Source of the DNA: Octopus vulgaris
Taxonomy: Eukaryota
Direction: 5' to 3'
Assembly (NCBI GenBank): GCA_951406725.2
Contig: OX597815.1
Location: 166,036,001 to 166,100,000 of the forward strand
Length of the DNA stretch: 64,000 bases
The notes below the pieces were generated by a model that worked only from the letters and a program-made list of their open reading frames with translations, had not been told where the DNA came from and searched no databases. Shown piece by piece: positions 54,892 to 64,000 of this stretch; positions within the stretch are counted from its first letter, which is position 1; every line of letters starts with the position of its first letter. The position numbers were made by a program, and so were the translations under genes.

Positions 54892-54933
54892 CAGTGACCT
54901 CGAAGTTTCGGCCTGATAGCCTTCGTCGGACTG
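54892..54933 (-). ncRNA. Minimal type I hammerhead variant
   Basis: Minus strand CAGT-CCGACGA-a-GGC tatcag GCC-GAAAC-TTCGAG-GTC-ACTG; U4 changed to C, extra A after A9. Confidence 0.6.
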
Positions 54934-54979
54934 ACATAAGACAAAACAATATATACATATGCCATATATAATATACACG

Positions 54980-55031
<52 letters not shown>

Positions 55032-56079
55032 TATACATATATATATATAAATAACACATACACGATTAAATTATTGCTAGTGAACGCTAATTGGACGCTG
55101 AGTGCTTGCATGTTTACAAATACATAAACTGAACGATCTCTTTCCTATGTAGTCTTTACAACTGTACGTTTCCTCTTGTTTAAATATAAACATGTATTTT
55201 TTTTTCCTATATCAGTTCACCTGTTACGTGCCGTTACGAATGAGTGATTTCTTTTTCTTTTCTCTTATTTTTATCAGTTACAATGAGAACGTAAACAAAC
55301 TAGTGTAAAGAAAAACAAAAACAGACAAACCTAGGTGGAGAACGAATCTATTATCTGTTGTTCAACATTCAACTACATTTCTATAGGGCTACCACAAGAT
55401 TACCGGTTTCTAGTCTCATTTATATTCTAATACGTCTACGCTTGTGTGATCAAAAACGCTCTAATTTATTGCAACAAATCATTACACTAAGTTGAATAAC
55501 AGGAAGTGGTGGGCGCCGCATCCAAACTGGTTCACAATTGTCGCTTTATCTTCTATTTAATATGTAAAGTTATTTGAAATGGGGGATAAAGAAGATGTAA
55601 TCATTTCGAACTTCTATTGAGGTGATAATAGTGGGCTGTGACAGTCGACACCACTCACTTGCTGTGTCCTCTTCGTATTCTGACAGAAAGAAAATATTTA
55701 TTTTTATTCAGCGATGACAAACAGTAGTTAAAAAGAAATTTTGGTGGCGTTGGTGAGGATGAAATTAATTGATGTTATTCCTAAGAATGGGGCAATAGCA
55801 ATCCCAAAGACTCAGATATCGTTGACGTGACAAAGATACTAAATGATTATAAAAATGATGGGCTAAATATAAGTATAAGTAAGATATTATTTGTGTAATG
55901 TAACAACAGAGTCAGAGAAAACTAGTGATATTTAGCATCGGTAAGCAATAATATAAATATTTCAAACAGTGGAATAAATGCTATGAAGAAGTAGAAAAGT
56001 CTAACGTTTCATATAGAGCCTTTCATCAGAAAGAAAGGAAATGCAAAGTAGTTTTGAAGGATCAATATATTCGGTTTAT

Positions 56080-56296
56080 AAGGCGGCGAACTAGCAGAAC
56101 TGTTAGCACGCCGAGTAAAATTCTCTGCGGCATTTCGTTCACTTTTACGTTCTGACTCCAAATTCCTGCGAGGTCTACTCAACCGTTCATCATTTGGGAG
56201 TCGATAAAATAATTACCAGTTGAGAACTTGGATCGATGTAACCGACTTACTCACTCCTCCAAAAATTGCTGGCTTCGTGCCAAAATTTGAAACCAG
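56080..56296 (+). mobile_element. SINE family B (older copy)
   Basis: aaggcggcgaactagcagaactgttagc head and family core. Confidence 0.8.
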
Positions 56297-57048
56297 TATA
56301 TTCGGATTATGAAAGGAAGAGGAAGGGAACTGATGGAAATGGAGGGAAGGTAACAAATATTAAGGAAGAGAGAATGTAACGAATACAGTGAAGAGAAAAT
56401 AAAATTTGCGCCACAAATCTTACAACAGATAACAGAGGGAGGCGAGGAGGAGGTGAAGACTAGAAAATACTAAAACGACATATTCACACATACACATATA
56501 CACATACATATACATGCATATGCGCACAAATATATAATGTATTAAAATTACTTAAGTCATTTTATAATTTTGTTGGAGCCCGCTAGACCTTTTATTTTTC
56601 TTAAAGAGAGAAACTCCTAATGCTGTCCTCTTCTGAATATGATGCATGGATGCAAGATCTGATGCTTTCTAGTGATATATGGAATCACGCGAATTTTAAA
56701 CTTGAAACTCCAATGGGAAGGATAAGGTTGTTTCTGATCTTGTTCAGATAAGTTTCAGCTTTGAGAGTAAATATAAGTTTCTGTTAGAAGAAACCACAAA
56801 CTGAAAGAAATCATAGATGAATCATGAGGACTATTTGATGACGTCTTCGCCAAATTTGATGACATCTTAGAGCCAAATTCGATGACGTCTTAGCCAAATT
56901 TGACGACTCGCATAAGCTGGTCCCACTTTACCTTTCTTACAAGGATGTTCATGATTAAGATATTCAACGGTAGTTGTCTAGTTCTTGAAATTCCGGTAAC
57001 TTTCATCTACTGTGGAAATGCAATTGGCGTCTTTTTATAGACTCCTTC

Positions 57049-58254
57049 ATGAGGGGTCTGAAGACTCTCCTGCTCAATGGGAATAAAAACTCCAGCATTC
57101 GCATTGTCTACTCACTCCATCTAAAGGAGTCGTATAACAATATGGAGCTCCTCTTGGAAGCTTTCAAGTACAACCAGTTCCAGTGGAGTCTCTGCGGAGA
57201 CCTCAAGGTCATTAGGCTCCTTGTGGGTATGCAAGCAGGCTTCACAAACTATTGTTGCTTTCTCTGTCTCTGGGACAGTTGGGCTGTATCCAATCACTAT
57301 GAGCAGAAGGACTGGGGATCTAGGAACACTTTCGTGTCCGGTGAACACAGTGTCCCAGAAAATCTTCTGGTGGACATGGACAAGGTGCTTCTTCCTCCTC
57401 TTCATATCAAGCTTGGTTTAATGAAGAATTTCGTGAAGGCCATGGACAAAAGTGGTGCTGCCTTCCAACACTTGCATACTCCGTTCCCAGCTCTGAGTTT
57501 AGCTAAGCTCAAGGGAAGCCCCTTCATCGGACCTCAGATCTGCGAGGTACCGAAGGATAAGGACTTTGAGGAGCTTCTTATCTTAAAGGAACTGAGAGAA
57601 TGGGAAGCATTTAGGTCAGTCTGCCACGGCTTCCTTTGTAATACACGTGTAGTAGATTATCAAGAGTGTCTTGAGAAGTTGTTACAGTCTTATGAGAATA
57701 TGGAATGCCGAATGTCACTCAAAATTCACTTTCTCCACTCCCATCTCAACTTCTTTCCTCCGACGCTCGGAGAGCTGTGGGTGATGAGCATGGAGAAAGG
57801 TTCCAGCAAGATATCACAAAGATGGAGAGCAACTACCAAGGCATGTGGAACCCTAGCTTGATGGGGGGTTTTTGCCGGATGCTCTTGCGTGACATCCCGG
57901 AGTCAAAGAACACAAGATCGTCAAAAAAAAACAAAAAAAAACCCACCTCACTTCTAACTGCTTGCTGTACTATGATTTGTGTGTATTGTATTATCCAAGA
58001 AATTTAGTTCCATCAATGTTCTGTATCTATGCAGTTTTTTTTTCTGTAATATGCTTTTGTGACATGAAATATTTTGAACTTATATGCAGTATAATTAAAA
58101 TGAGATAGGTGAGAGCAAAAAAAAAAAAAAAAAACTAGAGGCGATAGAGCAAAACTGTTCACAAATTGAATTCACCACACCAAACTTAGTAAAAAAAAAA
58201 CACCTATTCATATCCATGCCTCAGACAAAAACAAAAAGAAATTGTAAACCAGTG
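57049..58254 (+). mobile_element. Chapaev3-like (CMC) DNA transposon, 3' half
   Basis: CGDLKV, CCFLCLWDS, LLPPLHIKLGLMKNFVKA, MSLKIHFLHSHL, then DEHGERFQQDI in another frame; end ...attgtaaaccagtg followed by TAA. Confidence 0.75.
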
Positions 58255-58259
58255 TAATA

Positions 58260-58400
58260 TTAGGTTGTCCCAAAAGTTCGTAAACACTTGCGAAAATTGA
58301 AGTTTTACTCGGCAAGTACTAACAAAAACAACAAAAATTATTCCTCAAAATAAAGACCATTATTTTCCAAGACTTTCTACGAACTTTTGGGACAACCTTA
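58260..58400. mobile_element. mariner-derived MITE (141 bp)
   Basis: 23-bp TIRs ttaggttgtcccaaaagttcgta / tacgaacttttgggacaacctta; TA on both sides. Confidence 0.85.
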
Positions 58401-58521
58401 TATTTAAACATCAAATGATTGGGAGGGTCCATCCGAGGAAAATGGGAATGAATGGGATCCATGGTTAAAAAATGGTTGAGAAATACTATTATAGACGAAA
58501 GAATTATTTTTGTTTGAACAT

Positions 58522-58881
58522 AAGGCGGCGAGATGGCAGAATTGTTAGCATATGTACAAAATGCGTGGTGGTATTTCTTCCAAGTTAGCGTTCTGATTTC
58601 GAATTCTGCCGAGGGCGATTTTGCCTTAAATCTTTTCGGGGTCGATAACATTAATACCTATTTCTTTACTACCCACAAGGGGCTAAACACAGAGGGGACA
58701 AACAAGGGGATTAAGTCGATTATATCGACCCCAGTGCGTAACTGGTACTTAATTTATCGACCTCGAAAGGATGAAAGGCAAAGTCGACCTCGGCGGAATT
58801 TGAACTCAGAACGTAACGGTAGACGAAATACCGCAAAGCATTTCGCCCGGAGTGCTAACGTTTCTGCAAGCTCGCCGCCTT
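58522..58881. mobile_element. Two adjacent SINE B copies in inverted orientation
   Basis: 58522-58649 (+) and 58654-58881 (-). Confidence 0.85.
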
Positions 58882-59913
58882 TAATAACATTAATAACATT
58901 AATACCAATTGATCTTCCAGTTTAGCACTAATATCGAAGTAATCGACTGACCCACTCCACGAAATATCTCATGCCATGCATCTATGGAAGAAAAGTATTA
59001 TTGTTGTCTGAACAATAACTTTACTTCTAGTTGTAAAGATGTTCATATTATCTAAAATAAGTTCCAGTTTAATCTTTATGCCGAGGAACACAAAACAATC
59101 TATGTATTCATAAAGTAAAATAATGATGGAAAAAACAAACAAACAAGCTAATACAAAGCCACAAAAACTCCCCGTAAAACAACAGAACAGTTGTGATATG
59201 GTAAATACATAATAACATTTGCTTGTTGTTTGATAGTCGTGAAATCTTTTCATTGTATGTTTTCTTCTTACACGTATGAATAGTAAATGGCACGTGTGAT
59301 TTTATCACGAATGTCTGACACTGAGATCATATACTCAGATAATCCACCACCAGACCCCACTCCCCAGTTACAGGTGTGTTCTGCCATATTGTGTTATATT
59401 TGACCTTGGATTGGGTAATAAAGAGTTTCAACCTGTACTTTGTTTCAAGTTTTCTTTTTTTTTTTTTTAATTTGCTTGTATTTTGTTTTATTTATTTATT
59501 ATTTATTTGTTTATTGAGTTATTTATTTATTTAGTTGGAGAATTGGTGCCAGTTTGACTGGACAACAATATCAAACACACTACGATATTCATTTTGTTGT
59601 TGCTGTTGGTGGTGTTGGTGGTGTTATCTAACACCAAAGTTGGCCTTGATTCAGCACACTTCAGTAGTGTAGCTAGTAAGTTGGGCGATGGGTGGGGAAC
59701 AGTCTACCCTGGGTGATGCTTTTATGTGGGCGGCACTTTTGGGTTTGCTGCATAAGACCGGAAAGTCTTAGCGACCCCACGTGGATGCGCAAAATCAAGG
59801 ACTGTCTCAGGCTCTAAGTACACTACTGGTAGATCTAAGTAACTCTTGCTGTGACTACTTTGTCTTTTTTCTTCTTTCCAAATATAGTGTACCTCCGTTT
59901 TTAAGACTGTAGG

Positions 59914-60076
59914 TAGTGTCGTATTAAGGCATGAGGATTCTGGACAGTTGGCCAGGGACCTCACGGGTTTAGGGGCCCAATTCTTATCTATAAAAGTGGC
60001 TTGTCAATGAACAAATACTATAGAGCCCAGTGCATTGATTTTCCCAGGGGTCTATAATACTTATAAGACCGCCCTG
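59914..60076. mobile_element. hAT-type MITE (163 bp)
   Basis: Perfect 8-bp TSD actgtagg at 59906-59913 and 60077-60084; degenerate TIRs. Confidence 0.7.
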
Positions 60077-61091
60077 ACTGTAGGATATAACCAAAGAGAG
60101 ATTTAGCTGCAATATCTTGTGCCAAGCGAACACATGCATGCAAATCTTGTAAAATATCTAAATCAGTGGTTTGGGACGTTAATGTTCGGATTTTGTTTAC
60201 CCATAAGCCTTTTGTCACTATTTTGAAAGAAAATTTGAAAAAATCATCAAAATAAATAAGAAAGGAACAGGACAGAATACACGTGCATCAGAGTATAGTT
60301 GTTGTCTCCCTGGTCAAGTTGAATTTTACAAGTTTTTGTCAAGAAATAAAAACTACAAATGTATAAAATAAAAGCTTTTATTACAATTTATTTAATGTAA
60401 GAATAAAATATATTATATTTCATTTTTTTAAATTTCTTTTTACAGGAATCTCGATGTTGAAACAGATTTGTAATGACTCTTCCGACATACAACAAAATAT
60501 TTTATTATCAATTTCACATTTTTCCCACAATAAAAAGATCTTTAACGTGACGTTGTGCCCTCAAGCACAAGTTGCAGCGGGTAACTAACTCTGTATTTTA
60601 GTCCAGTTTCTTCACCAATCACGTTTCAGCTTGTGTATCACCGCATCAACTTGACTAGTCAAGAAGGTCCTGTAATGGCCACTGGCCGTACTCCTCCTGT
60701 GTGCCCATAAAGGAAGAAAGATAGTATCCTTAAGTGTTACACGCTATCAAAAATTTGATAAGGTCTGTGATATTCTAAAATTCTGTAGATTAACTGTAGG
60801 GAAATCGTATGTAATGAGAAAGTTCAAAAAAACTTGGGACAAAGTTTTTAGTGTTATATTTTAGAGAGTTTGATGTAGAGTAAGTTCTTCTTCTATTTTC
60901 CTCTCTTACTTAGTTCTCTCTCTATCCCTTCACTCTCACTCCAAACTTTTGTCTCTCGTGTGACCGTATAGAGGCTCTCTAGTTAGCTCATATGGTTGGT
61001 TATATTTGATGCTATCTCGGGTTGCTGGTAACCAGGAAGATATTGGATATGGATGAGGATACATGAACTTCAGCCAAGTTTCGAGGTGGTT

Positions 61092-61267
61092 TATGTTGGG
61101 TTTGAACAGTTGTGAAGCGTTGAATGTCGATTTAGCTGTAGTGTCTTTTATGTATGCGGTAAAGTCGCTTAAATATGGGTATGTTGGGTTTGAACAGTTG
61201 TGAAGCGTTGGGGGTAGATTTGGCTGTGGTGTCTTCTATGTATGCGGTAAAGTCGCCTAAATATGGG
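61092..61267. repeat. 88-bp tandem duplication
   Basis: 61092-61179 is approximately equal to 61180-61267. Confidence 0.9.
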
Positions 61268-61559
61268 TTAAAATGTATTGCAGGGAGAACGAATACTTGT
61301 AGTACACCATTCGGAAAATTGTAAATACCAGCTGCATCGTTGTTGGAGACTAATCTTGGTGAGCCAATAAATGATTTGCTTGCTAGCATTATGAGTTGTT
61401 TCATAAAAAGATTTAAAACTGTACAGCGGGCGATAAAGCTGTAAGTTATACTGATGTCGATATATGTTACAATGGTGCATGTGCGATCGCTAGCTTTGTT
61501 GAAACTGTTGTGTATTTCTTTTTTTTCTCAAGGTTTGTGAGAAGCATGCTGGTTAAATG

Positions 61560-62060
61560 TAGCAGTCTGAATATGTGTTATGTAAACAAAAATAGAATGG
61601 TGGTCAGAGGCCAGAGGAAATATGAGGAGAGATCTGATTTTACAAGAGACGACAAAAGGAACAGGATGCTACAAGAACCTGGAAGGCAGTACAACAGAAC
61701 CAACAGGGGCAGTGGACGACGTGGGAAGGCTCACTCCAGAAGTGTCTCAGCTGGAACGACTTGTGGAATATGGCATCTCTTAGAATAGGTTTTATCCTTA
61801 GATATGTCTATGATTTCCTGCCTTCGAATACAAACCTAGTGAAGTGGGGGAAAATCAATTAATCCAATGTCGGAGTGGGCAGACAATGTAACACATTCTG
61901 AGCTCCTGCAGAGTGGCACTGGCCCGAGAAAGATACATGCAGAGGCACAATCGAATGCTTAAGGAAATCCTGCATGTGATAAGTACGACAAGAATGAAAC
62001 CAGACTCTAACAGCATTCTACACGGCAGAAGGCAACAAATCATAGTCAGAAACAGCTATG
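61560..62060 (+). pseudogene. R4/NeSL/HERO-like (RLE-type) non-LTR ORF fragment
   Basis: QQGQWTTWEG, YDFLPS, HILSSCRVALARERYMQRHNRMLKEI (CCHC knuckle plus RHN motif). Confidence 0.75.
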
Positions 62061-63139
62061 CCATACGGGGCACGGATTGTACTGGTTGGGACTGGTTGTT
62101 CAACCATGTCGAAGGATGATGATGAAGTTGTTACTACGATCTATTGTTAAGAATTGTTGGCGTTAATTGCTTTAAATAGTATTTTACTGCTTGTTTATGT
62201 TAATTTATACATCACAAATGTTTACCAGTTTTTTGTTTCATTTCTATTGAATGTGAAATTAGAGAGCTACGTATGAATTTGTCTCTCGAATTTTACCTAG
62301 TTTCCAATTTCAGATATGTGAGGTTATATTTTGTTTATGTTTCCTGCTATGACATGTTATCTGGAAGCAATCTTTAATTCATATTATGTTGGTAGATGTA
62401 TCCTAATTTCTATCGGTAACATGTCCGGTACAGCCTGTTGCAAGATAGGACCGTCAGTTATTGAAACTAGCTCCCCAACCAAGCTCGCCTCGTGAGCAAA
62501 GTTGCTTGAAACCTAGGAGAGCAAAAAAATGATACCTGTCAAAAGGACGGATGAAACCATCACAGAGTCAACGACTACTTAACAACAACATGGGGACTTA
62601 GAAATTTCGGGTTAGGATATAACATGTAAAACATTAGGAGCGAAGCATCCTTTACCTTTTGTGACGGCATGTCTAGGAAAAGGTACTACTGTGTCCCCAG
62701 TTGCACAAGCAGTATACCTGTGTAGGTAATATCGGGTCGGCATACTTGGTACCTCCGAGCATAAACCCCCTCTCTCTCTGAGTGCTTGGGAAGAGGCGAA
62801 GGCTAAGAGAGTCAACTTCGATAGTAAATTAGAGCAACAGAGAACTGACGAGCCACCGATTCTATTCATCTCGAAGGGAGCGCGAAGACGCAATGAATGG
62901 AAGTACAGTGGTTGCCTGTGAGGTCCTTGATTCACAGCCATGAAGATAGAAGCATTCATTCATTCATTCATTCATTCATTCATCCATCCATCCATTCATT
63001 CATTATTTTATTGAACGTACATACTACAGTGCTTACGCTGATGATTTGGGGGCGTTATGGAAGTCTGTGAAATTTAATTCTCTTTCTTGGTGGAAGTGAT
63101 TTCACAAGGCTTTATATATATATATTTTTTGCTTAATTT

Positions 63140-63480
63140 TATAATTTGTGTTTTCATTGATGTGTGAGTATGTTATAACGATAATAGGTAGGTGGTCAGA
63201 AGAAAACACGTTTACCATGTGATTGCAACAGCTATGTGCGTGGAACAAAGGTGTCATTTGGAGAGGGGTTGTTTTAGTTAGCATGGTGAGGGATGAGGGC
63301 GTATAGTGTGGGCCGTTTGGTAAATACGAGCAGTTTAGTTGTAAAGTTATTGCTCCCTCTTCTATTATCTGTATTGTTTTTGTACCAGACGACAGTTTTA
63401 TTAACATGTGAAGTTGTGGGTGGATCATTATATCTAAAGTATATCAGCTGCTTTCTTTTTTGTCCTACATATTCTAATTT
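63140..63480 (-). pseudogene. LINE AP-endonuclease C-terminal remnant
   Basis: FSSDHLPIIVIT motif; similar to ~9463. Confidence 0.5.
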
Positions 63481-64000
63481 GTATGCGCGTGTGCATGCAT
63501 AGCTGTACGTATGTCTGTGTAAATATGTCCACGAGTATTTGCATGTGTGCATGAATTTATGAATATATGTACGCATGCAATTATGTATGTATGTATGTAT
63601 GTATGTATGTATGTATGTATGTATGTATGTATGTATGTATGTATGTATGTATGTATGTATGTGTGTATGTATGTATGTATATGTGTGTGTTATGTGTGTG
63701 TGTATGTGTGTGTGTATGTGTATGTGTGTGTGCGCGCTTGTTCTGTCACTAATTAAACCACGTCGGTCGGATTATTTCCTTCAGCTGATGGTATAAATAA
63801 ACTGGGTCTCATTGACCAATTTTTTTCTTTTCACCACCCCCACCAGTCTCTTTTGTTCTTACTATTCTTCTCCTTCCGGTTACTTTCTATCATTCTTACC
63901 TGCCTCTACCATCTCTGAATCTACCATTTATTTACCACTACCAACAGAAATTCCATTTGATACTATTACCTATACTTTCAAATTGTTCTATTATTATGCT

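Noticed and set aside
62430-62960. Structured-looking segment, possibly a LINE 5' UTR or ribozyme
   Set aside because: I could not build a defensible fold or find a second copy in the window

Overview
This is a gene-poor, AT-rich eukaryotic window dominated by repeats. The SINE repertoire and dense microsatellites most resemble an octopus (coleoid cephalopod) genome, which is an inference from pattern recognition. No host protein-coding gene can be supported, and almost all ORF-track entries are microsatellite or SINE artefacts. All recognisable coding sequence is transposon-derived: Tc1, two mariners, a Chapaev3-like transposase, a hAT C-terminus, a Helitron PIF1 helicase, a CR1/L2-type RT, and Tx1-like, Jockey-like and R4/NeSL-like LINE remnants. 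There are also dozens of tRNA-derived SINEs, five non-autonomous Helitrons and several MITEs. The most interesting signal is RNA-structural. Several Penelope-like terminal fragments carry canonical type I hammerhead ribozymes (best at 40907-40985 and 27356-27408). Five sequence-divergent loci carry hammerhead core motifs in a non-circularly permuted, pseudoknotted order (stem III-UH-stem I ... GAAA ... stem I'-CUGANGA), with an extra helix and compensatory base changes. Small unique islands at about 23.2, 24.5 and 29.3 kb look like cis-regulatory or promoter DNA of an unseen gene. Repeat boundaries are read by eye and are approximate unless TIR or TSD coordinates are stated.
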